NCBI GenBank assembly: GCA_965222375.1
Contig: CBDCTZ010000008.1
Span: 128,001 to 192,000, forward strand
Source of the DNA: Polyangiaceae bacterium
Lineage (GTDB): Bacteria > Myxococcota_A > Polyangia > Polyangiales > Polyangiaceae
Direction: 5' to 3'
DNA length: 64,000 bases
Shown here: positions 47,335-55,917 of the stretch, piece after piece
How the letters are laid out: the number at the start of each line of letters is the position of its first letter
How positions within the stretch are numbered: the first letter of the stretch is position 1
Translations under genes and position numbers: made by a program
The notes under the pieces: model-generated
What the model was told of the DNA's origin: nothing
Database searches by the model: none
Seen by the model: the letters and a program-made list of their open reading frames with translations, nothing else

Positions 47335-48386
47335 CCCAGCCCCCCGGATGCTTGGTCGCTGACCGGGGCCACCACCCGCGGCCGTCGTGAAGACGCTGAC
47401 GGTGACGCCTCTTGGTCCGGCGAATACATCTCGACCCGGTTGCGGCCCGCGGCCTTGGCCGCATAGAGTGCAACGTCGGCCCGCCGCATCACGGCTTGAG
47501 CGGTGTCGCCCGCATCCCTCGGGTCGAAAACCGCTGTCCCTACGCTCACGGTCACACGCTCCGGTCCCCGAGGCGGCTCGATGCACTCCACTGCGTAGCG
47601 CAGGCGTTCTGCAACCAGCCGCGCGGCCTCCGGGCCCGCGCCCGCGACCAGCACGACGAACTCTTCGCCGCCGTAGCGGCCGACCGCATCTCCCGGCCGG
47701 AGGCCGGCTTTGAGCACGTCGGAAATCGCGACCAACACCCGGTCTCCCACCTGGTGCCCAAAGCGATCGTTCACGGATTTGAAGTGATCCGCATCGATGA
47801 AAAGCACCCCAAAACGTTCACGACCTTCCACGCGATCTTGCGCCCCTTGCTCCAGGGCACGTCGGTTGGCCAGCCCCGTCAGGGGATCGACCTGGGCGTC
47901 ACGACGCAGCAGGTCCCGTTCCGAGCGCACGCGTTGCAGGGCGTCCAAGTGTCGCTTGTGTCGCAACTGCACCCGAACCCGCGCACAGAATTCCCGGCGA
48001 CGACCAACGTCGACGATGAAATCGTCGGCACCCGCCAGCAGCCCGTGGACAACCAAGGACTCGTCAGCAACTCCAAAGTTTATCAACACTACCGGTACGG
48101 TCTCCCGTCCCTCTTGGGCCTTGAGGTCGCCGCATACTTCCATTCCGCTGACTTCACGTTGCTCGACGTCGAGAAGCACCAGGTCAGGTTCGTACTCCGC
48201 GGACAGGCGCATCACTTCGTCGGCCTCGGTGACGACCAGGACGTCCCATCCCTCGTCCGCCAGGCACGCCTCCAGCAGTGCCCGCCGCTCCTCGCATGGA
48301 ACGATGGCCAGCACGCGTGGCTCGCGCTCCGATATGGGCGGAGCGCTGGAGAGCCTGGGTAGATCGTGAAATACCGGGACCGCCAT
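47331..48386 (-). CDS. Response regulator diguanylate cyclase (REC-GGEEF)
   Basis: REC (PDLVLLD...G.EVC..LK...GADDF), DPLTGLANR, DADHFK.VND.FGH, RPGD I-site, GGEEF. Confidence 0.92.
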   Translation of the reverse strand: MAVPVFHDLPRLSSAPPISEREPRVLAIVPCEERRALLEACLADEGWDVLVVTEADEVMRLSAEYEPDLVLLDVEQREVSGMEVCGDLKAQEGRETVPVVLINFGVADESLVVHGLLAGADDFIVDVGRRREFCARVRVQLRHKRHLDALQRVRSERDLLRRDAQVDPLTGLANRRALEQGAQDRVEGRERFGVLFIDADHFKSVNDRFGHQVGDRVLVAISDVLKAGLRPGDAVGRYGGEEFVVLVAGAGPEAARLVAERLRYAVECIEPPRGPERVTVSVGTAVFDPRDAGDTAQAVMRRADVALYAAKAAGRNRVEMYSPDQEASPSASSRRPRVVAPVSDQASGGLG

Positions 48387-48569
48387 GATTCGGCTTCTGC
48401 TGCCCAGGAACGGCCCCAGGGCAAAAACCCTTAGCCATCCGCCGGCAGGAACACCCCTAACTCCCCACAAATTCCCCTGGTTTGTCAGATGTTAACGCTG
48501 ATAACATTCGACAAAGCCCGCCAGGTGAGCAACGAGCGTCACTGAAGCGAGTCGCCCCACTGCGAGGTG

Positions 48570-49292
48570 TCACTGAGCTGGCGTTTCATCTACCCGGACT
48601 TGCACCGGCAGGATCCCGAACACCCGCTCGACCAAGCTGTGGCCTGCGTAGATCAGCGGCGTCAGGCCAATCGCGACGACCAACTTGAGCACATAGCTGG
48701 AAACCACGACCGTGATGATCTGCCCCATGCTGAGCAGTCCGACCCACGCCACCAGATTGATGGCAACTGTGTCCACCAGTTGAGAAACGGCCGTCGACCC
48801 CGTCGCTCGCAGCCACAACCAACGCCCACCCGTGCGCATGCGCAACGCATGGAACACCCAGATATCCACCAACTGCGCAACCAAGTAGGCGAAGAGCGAA
48901 GCGATGATCATGCGCTGGGAGCTCAGGAACACGCGATTGAACGACTCGTCGGTCACGCCGGCCCAGCCCGCTTCCCGCGTCAGCGCCGCAATTGGTATGG
49001 CGCCCGCGACGAAGATGAACACGTAAGCCAACACGGCCATGGCGAAGCCGATCCAGGTGACCATGCGCGCCGCGCGCTTGCCGTAGAACTCATTGAGCAG
49101 ATCCGTGAGCAAGAACGTGACCGGAAACGGGATCATGCCTACGGTCACCGTGAAGGGTTGTCCCAGGATCGTGGTCTGCACCAACTTCCCGCCGATGATG
49201 TCACCTACCACGAGGCAGGTGATGAACACCGCGGCCAACACGAGGAAGAGCCGCGTGCGTGGATCAAAGGTCACGCTGGCAGTCTCCGCCAT
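48570..49292 (-). CDS. yhhQ: Queuosine precursor transporter (YhhQ/Vut_1 family)
   Basis: 'G.I.FP.TFLLTDLLNEFYG...A', 'R.IIASL.AYLVAQL.D', 'LWLR..GST.VSQL.DT'. Confidence 0.9.
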   Translation of the reverse strand: MAETASVTFDPRTRLFLVLAAVFITCLVVGDIIGGKLVQTTILGQPFTVTVGMIPFPVTFLLTDLLNEFYGKRAARMVTWIGFAMAVLAYVFIFVAGAIPIAALTREAGWAGVTDESFNRVFLSSQRMIIASLFAYLVAQLVDIWVFHALRMRTGGRWLWLRATGSTAVSQLVDTVAINLVAWVGLLSMGQIITVVVSSYVLKLVVAIGLTPLIYAGHSLVERVFGILPVQVRVDETPAQ

Positions 49293-49307
49293 CGGATTCG
49301 GTTGCCG

Positions 49308-50087
49308 CTACTTGGCTGCGAGCAAGTTCATCAGCTCGGTCAGTGCGAGGTCCATGCTCTGAGGCTTGGTTCCACCGTAGCTACCAAAGCCCTTCCACAC
49401 GATCTTCATGGTTTTGAGATCGACGATGTAGCTCCACTCTCGGCTCACCAACTCCGTCAACGTCGGATCGCCCGGCTTGGGCTTGACGACGCTCACCTTG
49501 AGATCCTCGCTCTTGATCCAAGCGACCATGTCACCCGTGTACAAGACTTCGACGACCAAACCACCCGCCTGAATCGCTGCTGCTCCCTTCGCACCCAAAA
49601 CTTGGGCTGCCTGTTTGCAACCCGGTCAGGTGAACGCCGAGATGTGTATCAGCCCGTAGCGCTTGCCACTCTTGCGCATCGCGTCGGTGCCGTAGTCGAT
49701 ATACGGCTTGCTGTCGCTGCGCACGTCCCCGGTTTCGTTAACGTAGCCCTCCCACTTGAGGTCCGCGATGGTGTCGCCCTTGTTGTTCCCGTAAGGCCCG
49801 GCCGGATAGTTTGCCGCAATGCCGCCCGCACCGGCCGCGGCGCCGTTTCCAGCGGAACCAGCAACGCCAGCGGTCCCACCCGTCAACGTGCCGCCACTTC
49901 CGCCGGTCACCGCGCCACCACTTCCGCCCGTGACAGTGCCGCCGCCACCACCCGTGGCCATCCCGCCCGTGCCACTCGGCCCGCCGCCCCCATCGTCCGA
50001 ACTCGAACAGGCTAGCGCCGCCGCGCTCAGGCTTGCGCCCAGCAAGACCAGCGTGGATAGCGACGCAGTGATTCGACGACGGGTCAT
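49308..50087 (-). CDS. Thioredoxin-fold (TlpA/redoxin-like) lipoprotein, probable selenoprotein (in-frame UGA at codon 154, UxxC)
   Basis: ORFs 49626-50087 and 49308-49598 are in one frame separated only by TGA: ...GLIHISAFT-U-PGCKQAAQVLG...; lipobox ALAC; GAGGA RBS; hairpin after UGA. Confidence 0.8.
49591..49625 (-). promoter_or_regulatory. Candidate bacterial SECIS element
   Basis: mRNA after UGA: CCGGGUUGCAAACAG-GCA(G)CCCAA-GUU-UUGGGUGC; 8-bp bulged stem with a G-starting loop 24 nt after UGA; alternative stem GGGUUGC/GCAGCCC. Confidence 0.55.
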
Positions 50088-51034
50088 AGCTTTTTCCTCA
50101 ATCCCACCCACGTAAGGTACTCGATTCCCTCCCCTGGATCCATTTCCACTCGGGTTCCATCTGCGCTGACTTTGCCCAGCGCAACAGTCTCGAACCGGGC
50201 GGGCGCAACCCAATCCGGATACAGATAGCTCCCCAGCGCAACCACCTCCACGGCATCGTTCGGGGCAAGCCCAGCCGGCGTCGGGAATGACAAACGCGCT
50301 TTGGCAGACTTGCCTTGGTCATCACGGAAGCTGACCTCGAAGGGCGTCAGAGCATACAGGGCGAGCAGTCCTTCGCTCGGATCCGCAAACGATGGCTGAT
50401 GTTTTGCGTCGATGACGAGCGCGCGAAACAGTTTTCCAGTCGCGCCCAGAGCAATGTCCTCGACGTCGAGCTTGACGACCACTCCTGCAGCCACATCCAA
50501 CGTGACTCCGCCGTGGGTGACATTCTGCGCCGGCGCACCGTTGCCATCGCTCTTGACCACCAGCGCCTCTCCGCCGCTCGGCAGCGGCAGGGTCAGCAGA
50601 TCCCCCACGGAAAAGTCCCCCGCGGCTTCACCTGCGAGTTGAAAGTAGAAACTAGTGCGATCGGGACGACCGTGCGGCAAGGTCGAATATTCGGCCGGGT
50701 TCAGGTTGGAGTTCACTTGCACCGTGAAATCTCCGTTGGCCTCGGACTCGCCAAAGTAGCAAATCGTGCCGCACACACTCATGAGCAGCTTCGGCAGACC
50801 GTTGCCTTGTTCGTCGACGGCGCGCCCACTGATGGTCTTGATGCAGCGTGCGCCCGCCGAGGCATCGTTGCTGCACCCTCCGCCAGCGTCAGCGACGCCT
50901 CCGCTTCCGCCACTGCCAGCGCTACCACCAGCGCCACCCGATCCGGAGCCGCCTCCGGTATTCGGCTGAGAGTCACTGGAATCTGTGCCGCATCCGACGG
51001 CCGCCAAGGCGAAAACCAACGCAAGATATTTCAC
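50084..51034 (-). CDS. Hypothetical lipoprotein with Gly-rich linker and carboxypeptidase-regulatory-like beta domain
   Basis: GTG-KYLALVFALAAVGC lipobox, 'ISGRAVDEQG..L......C...C..G....G.F'; TGA overlaps ATG of the selenoprotein. Confidence 0.7.
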   Translation of the reverse strand: MKYLALVFALAAVGCGTDSSDSQPNTGGGSGSGGAGGSAGSGGSGGVADAGGGCSNDASAGARCIKTISGRAVDEQGNGLPKLLMSVCGTICYFGESEANGDFTVQVNSNLNPAEYSTLPHGRPDRTSFYFQLAGEAAGDFSVGDLLTLPLPSGGEALVVKSDGNGAPAQNVTHGGVTLDVAAGVVVKLDVEDIALGATGKLFRALVIDAKHQPSFADPSEGLLALYALTPFEVSFRDDQGKSAKARLSFPTPAGLAPNDAVEVVALGSYLYPDWVAPARFETVALGKVSADGTRVEMDPGEGIEYLTWVGLRKKL

Positions 51035-51592
51035 GTCGCCAAGTGTAGTGCGATTCGCCGCGATCGACAGACTCGACGCGCGAGATCGCCCATTTTTCAT
51101 AGCGGAAACCCAAAGTTTCCGCGGCAGTACCCGCAGTCGTCTGAGTACGGCGGAGTCGCCCGCTTGGCCATGCGTGGCCAATCCCCAGAGGATCGGCAGC
51201 AGAACCGCCTTGGCGCTTAGCGTTACGGCTCGCGACACATCTTCGGCTGGTGTTTTTTTTGTCGCATCCCTGGCTCGGGCGGGGGCACTACTCCCGCGCG
51301 TTGCCCCGATGCTGCGCCGGCACGCATTCGCCGCCGGGCCCCACACCGTCGCATCGGGGCCGCGGCCTACGCGACCCCCTGAGAGATTAGGGCAGCTGCG
51401 CCGGGCCATGTCCGCGACCCCAACCAACCCACGAAGGAAAGCGCGCCGAGTCATGCAAAGCACTTGGCCACGCGCGCTCGCCTCCCCGCTCGGCTTCGCG
51501 CTTTCGGTCATGTCCCTGGACCGGGTGGCTTGCTATAGGTTCGTCCCAGGATGCGCCCGCACGACACCGCCCTTGCGACAGTCGTTTTGGCT

Positions 51593-51790
51593 CTATTCAC
51601 TGCGCTCGAACGGGTCACGCCCCTGGCTCAGGTCGTCCTCCAGTAGCTTGAGGACTTCGTCCTGAACCCGCCTTGCCGCCTGCTGCCGGGACTTGCCCCG
51701 CGCCGCCACGTCCAGGGAGATGCAGTGCGCAGTCCAGCCGTTCGATGCCTTGTCCGGCATCAGGAGCACCCACAGGTTCTGTTCGTGCAA
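51593..51790 (-). CDS. Small HicB-like (partial RNase H fold) protein
   Basis: 'W.AHC..LDV...G.S...A...V.D....L' pattern; GGAGG RBS ahead of TTG. Confidence 0.6.
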   Translation of the reverse strand: MHEQNLWVLLMPDKASNGWTAHCISLDVAARGKSRQQAARRVQDEVLKLLEDDLSQGRDPFERSE

Positions 51791-52152
51791 GCGAACTACC
51801 CTCCCACCTACAGGGTTTCACCTAGTCCTCACCTTCGACCGTCGCAACCCCGTCGCGCCCATGAAAGCTAGTGCGCGGTAACCGCTACTTTTCCAGTCAG
51901 TTCGCGGGACCCGCCTGACAATGGAGGCGCGTTTCCTGCCATCAGCCTGCACCGACGCCACAGCGACGCCCAGCTAGGTTGGGCGACGACTCCGGCGGTT
52001 GCTGGTGCTGCCGAGACACCGGAGCCGGCGGCGAACACATCCGCTCAGTTACGAAACCAGCGATCTAGGTCGCCTACCCTCCGCCACGGCAGGCCTGAAT
52101 CCCGATCCCAAGTCCGCGCCGCGGTCCGGCCGCGACGCGAACTTGGGATCCT

Positions 52153-52230
52153 TGGCGTCCCCAACGGGATTCGAACCCGTGTTACAGCCTTGAAAGGGCC
52201 GTGTCCTGGGCCTGGCTAGACGATGGGGAC
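52153..52230 (-). tRNA. tRNA-Glu (anticodon UUC)
   Basis: GTCCCCATCGTCTAGCCAGGCCCAGGACACGGCCCTTTCAAGGCTGTAACACGGGTTCGAATCCCGTTGGGGACGCCA: acceptor stem, TTC anticodon loop, TTCGAAT T-loop, encoded CCA. Confidence 0.97.
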
Positions 52231-52293
52231 TGAAACGGGGCGGGAAGATAGCCAAAACGCCGCCGCCTAGCAATGCCGCGGTTTCTCCGGGGT

Positions 52294-53328
52294 TCAGGGC
52301 TGGATTCGGGACTGAGTCGGGGGCGCCACGCGCCCCCGGCCTCGGATGCCATGGAGCGGGTCACCACGTAGGAAGGGCAAAGCCGCCGCCGCGATCGTCT
52401 TCGCCGTCGCCGCAACGTCTCGAGGATTGAACCACGCGAAGGGATCGACGCAATGGGCCAAACGCTTCAGGCCCGGCAGCACGCCCCCCCGAGAGCATTC
52501 GATCAAAAGCGAGACCGCGTTGAAGCGATCGTAGAACCAATCGAGCTCCATGCCACTCGCCGTGAACCCTGGCACCCACCGCGCGGATTGCACCGCTCGG
52601 TAGGGGCGTCCTGGGTCGGCGGCCATTGCGACGCGGCGTGCCCAAGCTGCGAGATCCGCGTGATCGACCGCGAGCTCGCGCATCGCGCCGTAGGGAAACA
52701 GCACCACGCCGCCAAAGCTGTGCAGCGACAGCGCGCGGTCCACTTCTTCCGACGCCAGCCGACTAGTGATCGCCCTCACTTCGGGTTCGCTGCTCGGCCC
52801 GCTCCCGGGCGCGAAGGTCCTGCGCAGCAATCGACTCGCCAGTTTCGAACCGTCCCAGAAGCTCGGGAAGTTTCGATTCAAATCGACGCCGCGAGCATTG
52901 TGACGAACAAAGCGCCGTTTGCCGCCGAGCAAGTCCGCTTCCACCTTCGACACCCCATCCGGATTCGCAATCGGGAAAGCGATCAACTGTCGCTCCGTAG
53001 GCGGTTCCTGCGCCGCCGCTTCCAGCAGCGTCAGGGTGGTTTCGATGCCGATCCACTCCATTGGGTGCAAGCCCGCAACCAGGGCGGACACCGGGGCGGC
53101 AGGTGGCCCCATCGCCACGCACAGCAACGGCTGACCGCGCACACTCGACCCGACCAACTCGAGGCGAGCGCCCGCCTCGCGCAAGGCCCGAACTCGGCGC
53201 AGGGTGCCAGCATAGCCCGCGTAGTCCCCTAATTCGCGGCGGCGTAGCGCACGAGCCAGCCCTGAGCCTGGATGCGTCTCTACGGCGCGGTTCAAGGCGC
53301 GGATGGCATCATCTTCGGCGGCCTCCAT
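52294..53328 (-). CDS. M14 family zinc carboxypeptidase
   Basis: G.S..G..L, HPMEW (HxxE), NPDG, R.NARGVDLNRNF, SEPE, SLHSF, LLIE. Confidence 0.9.
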   Translation of the reverse strand: MEAAEDDAIRALNRAVETHPGSGLARALRRRELGDYAGYAGTLRRVRALREAGARLELVGSSVRGQPLLCVAMGPPAAPVSALVAGLHPMEWIGIETTLTLLEAAAQEPPTERQLIAFPIANPDGVSKVEADLLGGKRRFVRHNARGVDLNRNFPSFWDGSKLASRLLRRTFAPGSGPSSEPEVRAITSRLASEEVDRALSLHSFGGVVLFPYGAMRELAVDHADLAAWARRVAMAADPGRPYRAVQSARWVPGFTASGMELDWFYDRFNAVSLLIECSRGGVLPGLKRLAHCVDPFAWFNPRDVAATAKTIAAAALPFLRGDPLHGIRGRGRVAPPTQSRIQP

Positions 53329-53444
53329 GCTCCGGAGACTGCCCGATGCAGCCCCGTTCGCCAATCCTGACGCGGCGCGTCAAAAGGCATCCATTGCCCG
53401 CTATCCCTGTCCGCCCCCCCGCGGGTAAGGTGCGCGCGCGAAGC

Positions 53445-55880
53445 ATGACGACCCAGAGCGTTTCCTTGGTCGCCGGGGCGTCCCCCCGCACCGACCGTCG
53501 ATTCGCGGCGCTGTCCGTTCTATTCGTTCTCAGCGGCGCCGCGGGGCTGATCGATCAGTTGTGCTTCTCCAAGTACCTGGCGCACATCGTGGGCTCGACT
53601 GCCTATGCGGTCAGCGCCGTACTCGCGTCCTTCATGGCGGGCCTGGCTCTTGGTGCCCACCTGGGCGGGCGCTACTTCAAGGTTTCCCGTCCGCTGTTCG
53701 CATACGGGGTGCTCGAGTTCATCGTCGCGGGCTGCGTCGCCTTGAGCCCTTGGGCATTTCATGCGCTGACACCACTCTACGTGGACATCGCGCGCCGGGT
53801 TCCGGACTCTCTGGCCGCACTGTCTGCTGCACGCTGGCTGTTGGCGATGATGGTCGTGATCGTGCCCACGACAGCCATGGGCGCCACACTGCCGTTGTTG
53901 TCGAGGCTGCTCGGCAACGCGGAGTCCCAAAACGCCATCGAACGCCATCGGCGCGAGAAGAAGCTGACTCGTCTGTATACGGCGAACACCATCGGCGGAG
54001 CGCTCGGAGCGCTCGGAGCGGCGTACGTCATCTTGCCGTGGCTGGGGCTCTCGGGAACCCTGCTTGGCGCCGCGGGCCTCAGCGCCGTGGTGGGCGTCGT
54101 GGCCCTGGTTTTGGACCGCGGCTCTGCCCCCGCGCCCGCCGAGGCCCCAGCTGCGCCGGAAGCGCCCGCCCAAGCCTCCGACGTCCGCGCCGAGCCCTTG
54201 TCGGATCGGGAGCTGGTCCTGCTCTGGGCCCTCGCGGCGGCATCGGGCTGGATCGTCTTCGCCTGCGAGGTCGTGTTCACACACCTGCTCGCCCTGGTGA
54301 TTGGCAACAGCGCGTACGCCTTCGGGCTGATTCTTGCAGTTTTCTTGGCGTGTCTCGCTCTGGGCGCTGCCGGCGCGGCACGCGCGAGCGAACGCCTGGG
54401 CCGCGGCGCGCTGCCGCTATCCCTCGCTCTGACCGCCCTCGCCCTGGCTCTAACGCTTCCCCTCTGGGATCGGCTGCCCGTGGTCTTCGCAGGCGCCGGA
54501 AAAGTCATCACCACCTTCGCGGGTCGCGAAGCCGCACGCGCCGTTGTGGCACTGTTGATCTTGTTCGTTCCCGTCACCTTGATGGGCCTAACCTTCCCAC
54601 TGATTCTGGCGAGGGTCGCCGGTGGTAGCGATGTCGGGCGCTGGGTCGGGCGTCTCACGAGCGTCAATACCGTCGGCGCGGTGTTTGGCTCTCTGGCAAC
54701 GGGCTACTGGGTGCTGCCGGCGTTGGGCGCTCAGAGAACCCTAGCCGCGGCCGCGGCTGTGTTCGCCGCGCTTGCATTGTGGGCGACCAGCGTGGTCGCA
54801 TTGCAACGTCGCCCAGCACTGATCGCCGCAGGCGCGGCAACCGTGGCCCTGGTGTTGATGCCGCGCTGGGATTTAGCGCGCCTGACGGCGGGCACCAACG
54901 TGTACTTTGATGGGCCAAACCCGGCAGATGCAGTTCTGATGCTGCGCGAGGATGTTCACGGCGGAGTGACGACGGTAACGCATTCTCGCGGCGTGCATAC
55001 CCTGTACACCAACGGAAAATTCCAAGGCAACGACGGCTGGGAGATGCAGGCTCAGCGCTTCTTTGCCCACTACCCGAGCCTATTCGTACCCCGCTTCGAT
55101 CGTGCACTGGTGATCGGTTTGGGCACAGGCACCACCTTGGGCACGCTCACGGCCTATCCATGGAAGGAACTCAAAGTCGTCGAGATCAGCCCGGCGATCG
55201 TCGAGGCCGCCGATGCATATTTCAAAGTGCCCAATCGACGCGCACTGGAAGACCCTCGGGTTCAGGTCGTGCTCGCGGACGGTCGCAACCATCTGCTCGT
55301 CAGCACGACCAAGTTCGACCTCGTGAGCATGGAGCTGTCGAGCATCTGGTTCGCTGGAGCCTCGAGCTTGTACAGCCGCGAGTTCTACAAGCTAGTCGGC
55401 GAGCGGCTCGCTCCAGGCGGCGTCTTCCAGCAATGGGTACAGCTACACCACATCTACCCGGAAGACTTTGGCGTCATATTGCGCACGCTGCGCGCGGAGT
55501 TCCGCCACGTCGCGCTCTTTTTCGGCGGCGGCCAAGGGATCCTCGTTGCGTCCCAAGAGCCGCTTCGCACTTCGCGGGCGAAGCTCGCCGCGCTGAGTCA
55601 GCGTGCAGGTTTTTCCAGCGTTCTGCCCCAAGGACGCAGCCTGGATTCCCTGGTGGGCGACATTCTAGTCATGGGCGAAGGGCTCGATCGCTATTTGGAT
55701 CATGTGGCGCGCATGCACCCGCTTCCAGCCAGCCGCCTGATCTCCACCGACGACAACCTGTACCTCGAGTATCGAACGCCGCGCGGCAACGTGCTGCCCT
55801 GGAGCACTCGTGAGGCGCTGGTCGCGGATCTGAAGCGCTATCGCGATGGCATTCAGATTGCCAGGCTGCTCAATGAGTGA
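53445..55880 (+). CDS. Fused MFS-like membrane / spermidine synthase-like SAM-dependent protein
   Basis: 'SG...LI.Q', 'GST.YA...VLA.FM.GLALG', 'MGATLP', 'LY.ANT.G', then LVIGLGTG.T, VEI, DGR, LYSREFY, L.PGG...QW, TDD. Confidence 0.88.
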   Translation: MTTQSVSLVAGASPRTDRRFAALSVLFVLSGAAGLIDQLCFSKYLAHIVGSTAYAVSAVLASFMAGLALGAHLGGRYFKVSRPLFAYGVLEFIVAGCVALSPWAFHALTPLYVDIARRVPDSLAALSAARWLLAMMVVIVPTTAMGATLPLLSRLLGNAESQNAIERHRREKKLTRLYTANTIGGALGALGAAYVILPWLGLSGTLLGAAGLSAVVGVVALVLDRGSAPAPAEAPAAPEAPAQASDVRAEPLSDRELVLLWALAAASGWIVFACEVVFTHLLALVIGNSAYAFGLILAVFLACLALGAAGAARASERLGRGALPLSLALTALALALTLPLWDRLPVVFAGAGKVITTFAGREAARAVVALLILFVPVTLMGLTFPLILARVAGGSDVGRWVGRLTSVNTVGAVFGSLATGYWVLPALGAQRTLAAAAAVFAALALWATSVVALQRRPALIAAGAATVALVLMPRWDLARLTAGTNVYFDGPNPADAVLMLREDVHGGVTTVTHSRGVHTLYTNGKFQGNDGWEMQAQRFFAHYPSLFVPRFDRALVIGLGTGTTLGTLTAYPWKELKVVEISPAIVEAADAYFKVPNRRALEDPRVQVVLADGRNHLLVSTTKFDLVSMELSSIWFAGASSLYSREFYKLVGERLAPGGVFQQWVQLHHIYPEDFGVILRTLRAEFRHVALFFGGGQGILVASQEPLRTSRAKLAALSQRAGFSSVLPQGRSLDSLVGDILVMGEGLDRYLDHVARMHPLPASRLISTDDNLYLEYRTPRGNVLPWSTREALVADLKRYRDGIQIARLLNE

Positions 55881-55917
55881 CGCCCTAATTGCGGCGTGAT
55901 ACTAACTGCCCAGGCTG

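Noticed and set aside
49293..49330. preQ1 riboswitch ahead of yhhQ
   Set aside because: Only 15 nt of intergenic space, and no preQ1 stem or A-rich tail visible
46078..50015. Long + strand ORFs 46078-47466, 47412-48362 and 48567-50015
   Set aside because: Antisense shadows of the kinase, HDOD, cyclase, yhhQ and redoxin genes; no recognisable domains
51455..51471. Sigma-54-like TGGCCAAGTGCTTTGCA on the - strand
   Set aside because: Spacing is GG-N11-GC rather than the required N10
51035..51511. 159-aa N-terminal extension of the lipoprotein ORF including a Tat-like MTRRAFL
   Set aside because: No proper hydrophobic region follows the RR motif, composition looks non-coding, and a clean lipoprotein signal starts at GTG 51034
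52140..52200. Intact integrative element at tRNA-Glu
   Set aside because: No integrase and no duplicated tRNA 3' end seen in the window
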